Positions 1-9,079 of a stretch of 49,260 nucleotides of DNA are shown piece after piece. The notes below the pieces were generated by a model, which did no database searches, was not told where the DNA came from, and saw nothing but the letters and a program-made list of their open reading frames with translations. The first letter of the stretch is position 1, and each line of letters opens with the position of its first letter. Source of the DNA: a virus. The stretch is from IMG/VR virus record IMGVR_UViG_3300017963_000081; one strand, 5' to 3'. Both the position numbers and the translations under genes were made by a program.

Positions 1-123
1 TCACAACGTAAGTTCGATGGAGTAAAGGTCATGTCATTTCTTGCAGGCCCTTTTGAGTTGTACCTCAGTCCGTACGCGGGCGCAACGCCGGGGCAAAGTG
101 CGGTCCCGTTGGGAAAGACGCGA
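1..123. repeat. Terminal direct repeat, left copy. Identical to 49138..49260, so the unit genome is 49137 bp.
   Basis: Bases 1-123 (tcacaacgtaagttcgatgg...gggaaagacgcga) recur exactly at the window end. The repeat spans a stop codon, an intergenic gap and the start of the next ORF. Confidence 0.97.
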
Positions 124-606
124 GACGGGATCGAGATAGAAATTGTCCGTAGTATGCAGCCGATTGCTGGCGACAACTATGGAGCCGAGACGATTCAAGA
201 TTTCATCATGCAGGGCGGGAATTGCTTTCTCAATTTTACCCTGATCGAATGGAATGCCTCCGGCATGTCAACGTTGTTGAACATGTACGGATCGTCTGGA
301 TACGTCGGCCCTTTCGGTTGCAGTGCGAAGGAAGATGCGTTGCAACTGGGGATCGGCTTAATCTCTACCGCATGTGGGACAAACATTACCCCGGACCACT
401 ATCACTTTGAAGGCGTGGTCATTCCGCCAAACTCTCCCATACGCTATGCGCTGAGCAGTCGACTCCGCGAGGTTCCGTTCCGTTTGCAAGCGTTGCCGTA
501 CGATCATAGCGGAAACGACCGTGTTAGCGGACAAGCTTTGGGCGGGTCCAATCCCGCATGGTACGTTGCAGACCCGACAACCGACCCGCGAGCCAACTGG
601 CCGTAA
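31..606 (+). CDS. Virion structural protein, 191 aa (tail tube / tubular-type candidate, function not established)
   Basis: ORF track. Follows the neck genes across the circular junction and sits 4 nt before the next ORF. No family motif recognised. Confidence 0.55.
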   Translation: MSFLAGPFELYLSPYAGATPGQSAVPLGKTRDGIEIEIVRSMQPIAGDNYGAETIQDFIMQGGNCFLNFTLIEWNASGMSTLLNMYGSSGYVGPFGCSAKEDALQLGIGLISTACGTNITPDHYHFEGVVIPPNSPIRYALSSRLREVPFRLQALPYDHSGNDRVSGQALGGSNPAWYVADPTTDPRANWP

Positions 607-609
607 ACA

Positions 610-1515
610 ATGGCAGATGATGCAACCCTTACCATCGACCTTCGCGATTTGGAGCGAAGGAGTGAAGAGGCGTTCGGTGGACCTTCTGGTCCAACAACGT
701 CGATGGGGGTTCCGCGTCTCAATCAACAGCTTCAAGAGCTGATCACTTCGGTCAACGTCTTCCGGGAGGCGGTGGTTGCTCGTCTCAGGGATCGACAAGG
801 GGAAAGAGCTTCGCAAGACGGACAAGAGCAGGACGGCGGTGGAGGCAGAGGAGCACTTCGCGGTTTTGCGATTGGTCGATTGTTTGGTTCTCTAACGGGG
901 CGTCTGACGGGACTTCTCGGAAGCGTAGGAGCCTTTGGAATTGCTCTTGGCGGCTTGACTCTTGCGGTGACCGGTGCGATTGCCGCATTCAAGACGCTGA
1001 ACAACTTCCTAAACGAACGGGCATCCCGCTTAGCTGGAGAGCTTGGCGGGTTATCCCGCGAGATCAATTTGGAGTCGGCCCTCCGTGAGATTCAAACGTT
1101 TCAATTGCAACAGCGCAGAGCACAAGCTTTAGGACCTTCGGTAGCGGAACAACTTCGCTCGGCCCGTGAGGCAGAATTTGCTTGGGAAGAATTGAAGTTT
1201 CGACTGCAAACGATTTACGAGCCACTGTTGACGAAAGCCAACACGTTTTTGAACGATATCAAGAAGGACGTTGCAGAAGGCGTTTCTGGCATTCTCGATT
1301 GGCTAAGAGTTCAAAGAGCGCCACAAGCAGCTCTGCCGCAAGGTGGATTCGGCGACTTGTTTGACTTCTTCAACTCGCTACCGCCCGCTTCAGACGTCCG
1401 TACCTTACCTGGAGATGAAAGACGAGGTCCGCGACCCGCTAACCCGCCCGCAGGTCCTATCGGCCCTCCCGGAGCCGGTCCTGCTGGTTTTGACCGTTTT
1501 GGGAATCCTTTGTAA
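610..1515 (+). CDS. Virion internal/ejection-type protein candidate, 301 aa: coiled coil, Gly-zipper hydrophobic segment and Pro/Gly-rich tail
   Basis: ORF track. Hydrophobic segment GRLFGSLTGRLTGLLGSVGAFGIALGGLTLAVTGAIAAF, with heptad-like regions on both sides. The stop overlaps the next start (TAATG). Confidence 0.55.
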   Translation: MADDATLTIDLRDLERRSEEAFGGPSGPTTSMGVPRLNQQLQELITSVNVFREAVVARLRDRQGERASQDGQEQDGGGGRGALRGFAIGRLFGSLTGRLTGLLGSVGAFGIALGGLTLAVTGAIAAFKTLNNFLNERASRLAGELGGLSREINLESALREIQTFQLQQRRAQALGPSVAEQLRSAREAEFAWEELKFRLQTIYEPLLTKANTFLNDIKKDVAEGVSGILDWLRVQRAPQAALPQGGFGDLFDFFNSLPPASDVRTLPGDERRGPRPANPPAGPIGPPGAGPAGFDRFGNPL

Positions 1516-3263
1516 TGTCCACCGTCGCATACAACGGCTACACGTTCCCTGCCTGGTCGCAAGTCCAGGTCCAGATGAACTACATCCCAACGACGGGCAA
1601 CATCCAAACGAAGTACGTCCAATACGTTGTATCGGTTTCGTCGATTATTTACGTTCCTTGCACAAGCGACAGTGCGTCGCTTGATCAAACCATGTCTCTC
1701 CTCCAAGCGCAGCTTGGCGTGGAGGGTCAAATCCTTTCTATAACCGACGCGGGTTTTGGTGCGAACTTCCGTATCGCCGCTGGAGGAAAAGCAGATGTTG
1801 CGCACGGTCCCAAACCCCGGTCATTCCAGTGGGAGCCTATCGGCACGCGAGCTGCAAGGATCACTTGGGTTGTGGAGCTGACGCTCCCGCGTTGTCCGCA
1901 GCAGCTTACGAACATCGCGGAATATGAATACTCGCTGACGTGGAACATCGCCGAGAACGGACTAACTGTACGGACGATCACCGGTCAGTTGGAAATTGCA
2001 AACAACCACACCCGTCAGGGTTGGCAAGGGTCCTTTGGAACGAAGTTTATTGACACGGCGGATGCGTACCGAAACCGGATCTCCTTCGAACCGTTGGATA
2101 ACTTTCAGCGTAGCCAATCCTTTTCTTTGTCCCCCGACAAACGTGTACTATCGTTCACTATCACCGATTCGGAGATTCCTTCGGACAATCCGTACTACCC
2201 CGGCATCGTTACTCCCCGCGTTTCTTACACTGTGCGAAGCACCGCTGAATACCTTTCCGGTAACTCCGTTTGGGCGGTCAATCTGTCGGGGTCTTTCGAG
2301 GTTGCTCCAGGCTACCACAAACGCACCGCATACCTTGCGATGTTCGAGATTATCCGAACACTTCGCAACGCATTGAAAAACTCCAAGTCTTACGCGGGAC
2401 GCGGCCCCGCGTACACGTCTCCTGGAGATGAAGAAAAGCCGGGCAGCTCGGTTATCTTGCGAAGCTTACAAATCACCGATGAGATATTTTCCCGAAACGT
2501 TTCCATCTCTCTAGAGTGGCACTTACTGTGCTCCCTTAAAGAGCTGATCTCCGCTTCCGGTTTGTGGGATCCTCTACCGAAAGAATCTACGTGGGAACGG
2601 TGGCGCGCGAGCATGGCGAACGTCCAACGTCCCCGTGGATTTGCAAACCTCTTCGACAGGAACGAAGATGTAATCATTGGCCTTTGCAGCACGCAAGGTT
2701 TTGTTTCTCCAGGAGACGACCCGGAAGTCAATCCGCCTTCGGATAAACAGGACCCAACGATTACATCAGATGCGCCACCTCCGGGTCGGAGCTGGCTTAA
2801 TTTTCAAAACGACATTTTCATCGAAGAGGATACGAACACCGCAACCCACCGTAGGCTGTCGGAGCCAAAAAGCTATTCGCAAATGCCGTCCGATCAAGCG
2901 TACCTAAACTCTCAAGTCGGAAACCTTGCGTCCTTCTCTCCGGGGTACAGCGGGGCGTCGCAGGACCGCAAGGTTTCTGTTTTACAAACGCGAGGCGAGC
3001 CGCATTACAACGTGGTTCTGGAAGGGAGAGCTGTCCGCGCCGTGTACGGAATTCCGATTCCTGCTTTGCTCCAGATTGGCGGCTTGGCCATGCAAAACCA
3101 ACGTCCGCAATCTCGAAGGTTCAAATACAAAGAGTTCCGAACAGCGGACAACCTGCCGATGTACGCGGCGGTCTGGCAGATCAAGTATTCCATCCCCGGA
3201 ATACCGGTCGGAGATTTGACACAAAACATTCAACTCGCGGGGGAGGCTTTCAACATCGGATAG
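1515..3263 (+). CDS. Large virion structural protein, 582 aa, function unassigned
   Basis: ORF track. TAATG overlap with the upstream gene and position within the structural run. Confidence 0.6.
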   Translation: MSTVAYNGYTFPAWSQVQVQMNYIPTTGNIQTKYVQYVVSVSSIIYVPCTSDSASLDQTMSLLQAQLGVEGQILSITDAGFGANFRIAAGGKADVAHGPKPRSFQWEPIGTRAARITWVVELTLPRCPQQLTNIAEYEYSLTWNIAENGLTVRTITGQLEIANNHTRQGWQGSFGTKFIDTADAYRNRISFEPLDNFQRSQSFSLSPDKRVLSFTITDSEIPSDNPYYPGIVTPRVSYTVRSTAEYLSGNSVWAVNLSGSFEVAPGYHKRTAYLAMFEIIRTLRNALKNSKSYAGRGPAYTSPGDEEKPGSSVILRSLQITDEIFSRNVSISLEWHLLCSLKELISASGLWDPLPKESTWERWRASMANVQRPRGFANLFDRNEDVIIGLCSTQGFVSPGDDPEVNPPSDKQDPTITSDAPPPGRSWLNFQNDIFIEEDTNTATHRRLSEPKSYSQMPSDQAYLNSQVGNLASFSPGYSGASQDRKVSVLQTRGEPHYNVVLEGRAVRAVYGIPIPALLQIGGLAMQNQRPQSRRFKYKEFRTADNLPMYAAVWQIKYSIPGIPVGDLTQNIQLAGEAFNIG

Positions 3264-3273
3264 GAGACGCAAC

Positions 3274-3627
3274 GTGGACGATGTGTACAAAGTTTCACTA
3301 GTAGACAACCCTACATTATCTATCCAGTTACCCGACGGGAACTCCCTGGCCGTCGACCTTTTCGAGGCTCAAGATACCGTCGAATCCCTGGAAAGGAAAG
3401 TTGTGGAATCCGAAGGGTCGGAGAAGGACCTCTACGCAGCCCTCCGAGACTGGGTTCGGGAGAAATCGGACGGGTGCGAAATCACGCTGTCACAAGCGTC
3501 GCTTCTCCACCGGGCGATTGTGTATAATTACTTGGATTTCAAAAAAAAAGTCGCGACGCGGTTTCCGTTGGATACTGGTATCGGCTCGACCCCCGAACCC
3601 TCAGCAGAGCAGACATCCGACTTTTGA
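3274..3627 (+). CDS. Hypothetical protein, 117 aa
   Basis: GTG start 7 nt after the AGGAGA RBS (ggataggagacgcaacGTG). Confidence 0.5.
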   Translation: MDDVYKVSLVDNPTLSIQLPDGNSLAVDLFEAQDTVESLERKVVESEGSEKDLYAALRDWVREKSDGCEITLSQASLLHRAIVYNYLDFKKKVATRFPLDTGIGSTPEPSAEQTSDF

Positions 3628-3812
3628 AGGACCTTTTGCCGGTCGTTCTGGCGGAACGGGAATTGCAGCAGAGACAAGCAGCGGCGCCACTTAGTCCGGA
3701 GCGGCTTCGCTACTTGCTCTACACGTCCACAGGGGACTGGAAGTATACGGACCACGAGGTAGCCCGCTACCTGCTGGATTTGGCGAAGCGGGGGGATTTC
3801 CATGATCACTAA
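3624..3812 (+). CDS. Hypothetical protein, 62 aa (TTG start)
   Basis: ORF track. 4-nt overlap with the upstream stop and 11-nt overlap with the next start. Confidence 0.4.
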   Translation: MKDLLPVVLAERELQQRQAAAPLSPERLRYLLYTSTGDWKYTDHEVARYLLDLAKRGDFHDH

Positions 3813-4947
3813 GACAAGCTTGCTCGGGCCGCCCAAAACTGCTGGATACCGTCCTGCTGTTGCGGGGTACTATGCATTGTACGTCCACCGAAAGCCGGTT
3901 TGGACGCTGGGGTACGTCGAGCTGATGCTTTCCGATCCGCGGATTCGGTTCGGTCTCCGCCTGATCAAAGGACCTCTCTTGGCGAACCTCCGGTATGAGG
4001 TGAAATGCCGCCGCCAGGACGTAGGGCAATTCATCGACGCGAACTTGACCCGATTCATCCAAAACAGTGCGATGAAAGCCCTCCGGGCAATTGAGTGGGG
4101 GTACGTGGGGCACGAGGTGCTCTATCGCGTTGACGAGCGAAACCGGATTGCGTTTGATACGCTGAAATACATCCATCCCCGCGACGTAAAGCCGCTCGTT
4201 CTGGCAGACGAGATTGCTTCCGCGTCCGTTCAAATCCACGGGGGTTCTCGCGGAAAGGTCTACTTGAACGGTCCCAAGCTGTTTTGGCACATCCACGAAC
4301 GTGAGTACGATCCCTACTTCGGTTGCTCCCGGCTCAAGGGAACCTTCGATCCCTGGTGGGACATCTACAGCGATGGCGGAGCCAAAGACGCAAGGCGTCT
4401 CTACTTCTACAAATACCTCTACTCCGGGGACGTGCTGTATTATCCTCCAGAGGATGGAACGACAAACGTAGAGGGGCAGTCGCAATCGAACCGCGAGCTG
4501 GCGCTTGAGATTGTCAACAAGCGACGGACAGGTGGAACCCTTGTTCTTCCCAACACGGTTGACCCGGATACAAATCAGCGGTTATGGGAAATTTCGGCGG
4601 GGACGTCCACAATTCCGTCGGCGGATATTCGTGAAGTCATCGCAGATTTGAAGGATGAAGAGTGGGAGGGTATGGGAATCCCTCCCGAAGTTGCACGCGC
4701 CGAAGGCACGGGGGCGTTTGCGGGTCGGCGCGTTCCGCAGCAAGCATTTTTCTCGATCTTGCAGGAGTTGGCATTTTGGTTAGTCACCGACACTGATCGC
4801 CAAATAATCAAGCCGTTGGTCAACATGAACTTTGGCAATGTTCCGTACGAAATTGAAACGTTGCCGCTACTCCGCGAGTCGGAGACGCCAGGAGAAGAAG
4901 CTGTCCCCGTGGAACCGGAAGAACACGTTCAAGTCGAAGCAACCTAG
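3802..4947 (+). CDS. Putative portal protein, 381 aa
   Basis: The C-terminal stretch EWEGMGIPPEVARAEGTGAFAGRRVPQQAFFSILQELAFWLV and the preceding RRTGGTLVLPNTVDPDTNQRLWEI resemble portal stem/wing regions. This is my recognition only, and the protein is small for a portal. Confidence 0.45.
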   Translation: MITKTSLLGPPKTAGYRPAVAGYYALYVHRKPVWTLGYVELMLSDPRIRFGLRLIKGPLLANLRYEVKCRRQDVGQFIDANLTRFIQNSAMKALRAIEWGYVGHEVLYRVDERNRIAFDTLKYIHPRDVKPLVLADEIASASVQIHGGSRGKVYLNGPKLFWHIHEREYDPYFGCSRLKGTFDPWWDIYSDGGAKDARRLYFYKYLYSGDVLYYPPEDGTTNVEGQSQSNRELALEIVNKRRTGGTLVLPNTVDPDTNQRLWEISAGTSTIPSADIREVIADLKDEEWEGMGIPPEVARAEGTGAFAGRRVPQQAFFSILQELAFWLVTDTDRQIIKPLVNMNFGNVPYEIETLPLLRESETPGEEAVPVEPEEHVQVEAT

Positions 4948-4964
4948 TTTCGCCGGGGTACATC

Positions 4965-5402
4965 ATGTGGGATGAAATTAAAGGACACCTAATACCTTGG
5001 GTGTTGGCTGTGGTCACCGCGCTGACAACTTGGCTTACACATCGAGCATGGAAACTGATTTCCTGGAAAGAAAAGATAGATAGCGACTTTGCCCGCGTCC
5101 GGGACAAAGTTTCTGTTGACCACGACCGGATCTCTGATCTGTTGAGGTGGGCGGAAGTGGCAAAACAAACCGATCAACGCCACGAAGAAGTTATCCGGCA
5201 TGTGGTTGATCTGCAATCGACACAAACCACACAACTCGTTCGGATGGAAACATCGTTGGAAGGCATTCGCGATACGCTGGAAAGGTACGTTTCAACGCAA
5301 AACGGTAGTTTGGCCTCCGTAAAGAATGAGCTGTCTGAAATTCGATCCAACTGCATGGCCCACCTGCTGAGTCTGGAAAAGAAAAGGAAAGAGTCAAGCT
5401 GA
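4965..5402 (+). CDS. Membrane-anchored coiled-coil protein, 145 aa (holin/spanin-like candidate)
   Basis: N-terminal hydrophobic helix HLIPWVLAVVTALTTWLTH followed by a long heptad-like region. Confidence 0.5.
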   Translation: MWDEIKGHLIPWVLAVVTALTTWLTHRAWKLISWKEKIDSDFARVRDKVSVDHDRISDLLRWAEVAKQTDQRHEEVIRHVVDLQSTQTTQLVRMETSLEGIRDTLERYVSTQNGSLASVKNELSEIRSNCMAHLLSLEKKRKESS

Positions 5403-5785
5403 TGCCTATTTTCTCCGCACCCACCGCGTCCATCGGACAACTAAGTCACGGCGCTCATGGGGACTTCCAACCCACGACGACCGAAGGCCGTCCCGTCCGG
5501 TGGGGTCACGTCCGAGAAATCGACCGCAGAGCACACGTCGGCACACCGGCATGGTATCGGCTCCACCAGGAGACGCGATTGCAACACCTCAGTGCGTGGC
5601 GACGGCTCCACATGCTTCGCACACATCAAGGGGTCCGCCGCGAAGCAAATCGAAGGGGCGTTTCACCATCTTCCGACACGACGGTCGAGCAGAAGGTGGA
5701 CATGGCGAAGACGTTCGAACAACGGGACGCGAAACGGTCGCCGCGTAAGCGATCCAAACGGAGTAGCAAACGGGCGAAGTCCTAG
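5402..5785 (+). CDS. Hypothetical Arg/His-rich protein with K/R-rich C-terminal tail, 127 aa
   Basis: TGATG stop/start coupling to the upstream gene, and the TAG stop abuts motif copy 1. The composition is odd and two other frames are also open, so coding is uncertain. Confidence 0.35.
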   Translation: MPIFSAPTASIGQLSHGAHGDFQPTTTEGRPVRWGHVREIDRRAHVGTPAWYRLHQETRLQHLSAWRRLHMLRTHQGVRREANRRGVSPSSDTTVEQKVDMAKTFEQRDAKRSPRKRSKRSSKRAKS

Positions 5786-5837
5786 GTTTTCTCTCCAGAG
5801 ATCCCGGCGGGAACTTCAAAAATAGACAGGTGTCACA
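5786..5837 (+). promoter_or_regulatory. Conserved intergenic module, copy 1
   Basis: gTTTTCTCTCCAGagaTCCCggcGGGAacTTCAAAAATaGACAggTGTCacaATG. Confidence 0.8.
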
Positions 5838-5972
5838 ATGCCGTTGACAAAGAAAGGACGAAAGGTCATGCGGGCGATGCGTCGTCAGTATGGCTCTTCC
5901 AAAGGAAAGCGGGTATTCTACGCTTCTGCGAACAAAGGAACCATCAAAGGCGTTCATAAGAAACGTGGTTAA
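5838..5972 (+). CDS. Small basic protein, 44 aa (MPLTKKGRKVMRAMRRQYGSSKGKRVFYASANKGTIKGVHKKRG)
   Basis: Below the ORF-track cutoff. ATG lies directly after motif copy 1, and the stop overlaps the 1035-aa gene start (TAATG). Confidence 0.55.
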   Translation: MPLTKKGRKVMRAMRRQYGSSKGKRVFYASANKGTIKGVHKKRG

Positions 5973-8900
5973 TGAGCAACGCTTTCATCACCCTCAACGA
6001 CAAGGCGGTTGTCGACCCACGGGAGTTGTACCGTGAGGCGAACCGTCTAGGTGTCGATCTTCCAAATGATGCGCTGCGCGCGAATAGCTTTACTCTTTCT
6101 AGAGGAAAGGAGCCTGCAAATGGCTGGATTCTCCTACGCAAATCGGATTTTCCTAGCACTCTCGATTCTATCTCTCTCGATCTTCGTTTTGTTGTGGACG
6201 ACAAACCCGGCAAAGGCGCAATCACCTTCCGGGATTTGTGCGTTTGGTCAGTGTATGCTGTACTCGCCGGCTCTTCCGAGGACGACAGTGTCTTCCTCCT
6301 CCAACTTTGTGATCGAAGAGTATTGGCCCACCTATCGGCGGTTAACCGTGCGTACAACCTCTGGGAACCAGACGGTACGTTATTCTACACGTCCCAGGAT
6401 TCTGGCTCGGATTGGACATGGGATTCGATCCTTGAAGATTTGTGGGATGCGCTGCCGTCGGCGGTAGGAGCGTACCCCGGAACGACCGGTTTGACGTTTC
6501 CCGAAGAAACGCCACACTATCAGTTTTGGGGTTGGAATGCGTGGGACGCGATCAATCGCGTTTTGGAAGACACTGGACATACGATCACCCGTGAGTTAGA
6601 TGAGGTCAGTGCTGGCGTCTGGCAAACGGGTGATCTTAAAATCGTCGCGAAATCGGATACGGATACCGTAATCTCGCAAGAGTTGACCAAGGCGTTGAAA
6701 GACGGTCTGGTCGAACACACGCATCCGCAGGACGTCACAAAAGCTTCGATCCCCGCGACGTTCCGAATCTTCCGGCCCAAGCGGGACTACTCTTTCCAGA
6801 ATGATCATTCCAGCGAACCTACGTGGGGCGACAAGCACAAAAACGATTGTACGTACTCGTCCGACGTAGCAACGGCTTCGCTTGACTCCAGCGTTTCCAC
6901 GGTTGCTGAAACGGTTTACCCGATTTGGGATTCATACCCCGCTGTTTACGATGAAGACGGGTCCTTGGAAAACGGAACGGAGATTTCCAACCGGGCATCC
7001 ACGCTCGCGAATCTTCACCTATCCGCTTTGCTTCTGGAGGATCGAGACAACACCTTCACCGGGCTTTGGCGTCTGTACCCTGGAAAGGTACTGTCTTCGG
7101 TTTTGTTCCACGATTTCGGAGACGGTATCTTCACTCAAATTACGGCGGAAGGTTTGACCCGCGCCCCTGCCAATACCGACCCCTACTCGCGACCTTCGAT
7201 TGTCGAACCTTCAATTCCGTACGACCGATGGTTTATTGGAGAAATCACGGGCGGAAGCATCGCCGCAGGTTCCAACGGAACGGCCAAGGTTCTCTACGGG
7301 TCCATCGGAACCTCCGGAAATATTGCGTGGTCGCAAAAGTCAACGGATACCGAGCCGGTTCATAATGCGGCATCCAGTCGCACATACAACAACGCGGAAC
7401 GAGTAGTTTGCAAGTACCATTGGCAAACGCAACGTTGGCTGATCCTCGACGAGACGGGTGATCCCGGATCGTCCCCCATGAAAATCATTAAGATATACGG
7501 GGTCAATGACGAATGCGACACGATTGCTGATGATGCCGATTGCGTTTGGGCGGGAAAGATCGTCACCGGAACAACCTCCGGTTCGATGTGCGGCTTTCCC
7601 AACACCGAAGGTGACGACGTTTGGGTCACTTGTCTGAATCAATGCCCAACTCCGCTGGTCTTGAAGATCGGCGAGTTGTACATCGGATTCAAAGTCACCG
7701 ACAGTTACACGTACAACGAACATGCTGACCGACCGCTTTATGCAATCCGAAAGCCGCCAGCGGAAACGGCGGTGGTTCGTGTTACCGGTGAATCCCCCGG
7801 ATCGTTTACATCGTGCTATCACGACGTAGACGAGATCGGCAAGTGTGCGTACCAAGGGAAGCGATTAGAACCGGACTACCAAGCAAGTGGTCAGCTTCCT
7901 TCGGATATGTGTGACGCGGACGCCTGGCAGGAAGTCGAAGACATTTGGATTGTCGGGGTTAACCAGTGTAATCACATGCGGGAGCTGCGAGTCGGCGAAC
8001 AGTACATGGGAACCTGCATGGGTTACTTGATCAACGGTGCGGTCAAGTACCCATGCTACGCCGTCCGGCATGAAGAGACTTCCGTCTATCTATTTGAGGC
8101 AAATTCGTCCGGCGTTTATTCCAACAACGTCTATGACGTCCAGACGTCCGATCTTCATTACCCCGACGGGACGGATACCCTGAAGGGTCCGAACATCGTT
8201 GACCACACAACGTGGAACACAGACACGTTGAACTTGTTTCCACGGGTGCGGAATAACAGCCGCGGCGTTTGCGTTTATGTCGGGTCAACGTCAAACGCGG
8301 TTACACCTCAAGATGAATGGCACATCGTCAACGTCCAGCAAGAAGCGATCATCGTTGAAGTCGAGTTGAATGCACATTTGACGCCCGGCGATAATACGAT
8401 TTCTACCACCTACCGAAGAACGCTTTCGCCTAGCCCGTTCAATATTGCTCCTTCTGCGGTAAACAATTGCAACAACCGTTTCAAGCTTCGCGGAACAAGC
8501 GGGACGCGGGCGCTTGCGTTTTATGACAAAGACGCAACGGGTTCGGGTGATCTCACTTATGATTGGACGATCTTTCAGGTGGAGGGAGGTTGTGGGCCGC
8601 TTCTTTGGCGTGCAAACATCACGTCCACCTCTACTGAGTATCCGCCTGATGTGTCAGCACTTCCTTGGGGTTCGGAAGTTGTCACATCTGCTAACTATCC
8701 TTTAGGATTTACACATAACACGGGAACGTATGAAACGACGTTTACCAAAGTCGGTTGGTATGACATTCGCATTTCGATAAGACTTCAAGCAGGGACAAAT
8801 TCAGGAACAGGCACAAATACGACGTTCACTTTAGAATTGGATTTTGATACTGGTGGTGGATATTCGGGCGAAACGTTGTCACAACGATCAGTTTATATCG

Positions 8901-9079
8901 GAAACGATGGCGCATCTAGTTCTTTGTTCTTAGACTATGCCGGACTTGAGATGCAGTACCTCAAACAAATTACTGTAGCTAATACGAAGATGCGCACCAA
9001 CTTTAGACGGGATGGAGGCAACCAAGCGGTCAAGGTGATTCAAGGGAGCTTATTCATCCAACCAGTGAACTATGCCTAA
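5972..9079 (+). CDS. Tail fibre/spike-like protein, 1035 aa, with an internal tandem Cys-rich domain duplication
   Basis: ORF track. Beta-rich composition, duplicated ~95-aa module at aa ~505-593 and ~601-699, followed by accessory enzymes. Confidence 0.55.
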   Translation: MSNAFITLNDKAVVDPRELYREANRLGVDLPNDALRANSFTLSRGKEPANGWILLRKSDFPSTLDSISLDLRFVVDDKPGKGAITFRDLCVWSVYAVLAGSSEDDSVFLLQLCDRRVLAHLSAVNRAYNLWEPDGTLFYTSQDSGSDWTWDSILEDLWDALPSAVGAYPGTTGLTFPEETPHYQFWGWNAWDAINRVLEDTGHTITRELDEVSAGVWQTGDLKIVAKSDTDTVISQELTKALKDGLVEHTHPQDVTKASIPATFRIFRPKRDYSFQNDHSSEPTWGDKHKNDCTYSSDVATASLDSSVSTVAETVYPIWDSYPAVYDEDGSLENGTEISNRASTLANLHLSALLLEDRDNTFTGLWRLYPGKVLSSVLFHDFGDGIFTQITAEGLTRAPANTDPYSRPSIVEPSIPYDRWFIGEITGGSIAAGSNGTAKVLYGSIGTSGNIAWSQKSTDTEPVHNAASSRTYNNAERVVCKYHWQTQRWLILDETGDPGSSPMKIIKIYGVNDECDTIADDADCVWAGKIVTGTTSGSMCGFPNTEGDDVWVTCLNQCPTPLVLKIGELYIGFKVTDSYTYNEHADRPLYAIRKPPAETAVVRVTGESPGSFTSCYHDVDEIGKCAYQGKRLEPDYQASGQLPSDMCDADAWQEVEDIWIVGVNQCNHMRELRVGEQYMGTCMGYLINGAVKYPCYAVRHEETSVYLFEANSSGVYSNNVYDVQTSDLHYPDGTDTLKGPNIVDHTTWNTDTLNLFPRVRNNSRGVCVYVGSTSNAVTPQDEWHIVNVQQEAIIVEVELNAHLTPGDNTISTTYRRTLSPSPFNIAPSAVNNCNNRFKLRGTSGTRALAFYDKDATGSGDLTYDWTIFQVEGGCGPLLWRANITSTSTEYPPDVSALPWGSEVVTSANYPLGFTHNTGTYETTFTKVGWYDIRISIRLQAGTNSGTGTNTTFTLELDFDTGGGYSGETLSQRSVYIGNDGASSSLFLDYAGLEMQYLKQITVANTKMRTNFRRDGGNQAVKVIQGSLFIQPVNYA

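Noticed and set aside
1381-1425. Additional partial module-like hits: minus strand at 1381-1425, and + strand at 2698-2735, 10541-10570 and 25634-25665
   Set aside because: They match only the T-rich/CCAG box (8-14 nt) and lack the hairpin, A-run and palindrome. Several arise from Ile-Ser-Ser-Pro/Leu codons. They cannot be distinguished from chance without statistics.
3691-4485. 264-aa minus-strand ORF. Similar shadow ORFs occur at 19902..20669, 21645..22361, 25770..26342, 27758..28222 and 31245..31808.
   Set aside because: All lie antisense to better-supported + strand genes (portal candidate, nuclease, DUF669/polymerase, primase, ParB, dockerin protein). They lack RBSs and recognisable motifs.
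5786-5800. The polypyrimidine tract plus CAG (TTTTCTCTCCAG) looks like a eukaryotic 3' splice acceptor
   Set aside because: There is no matching donor or branch architecture and no split ORFs flank the copies. The context is a bacteriophage with prokaryotic RBSs, so this is treated as coincidence.
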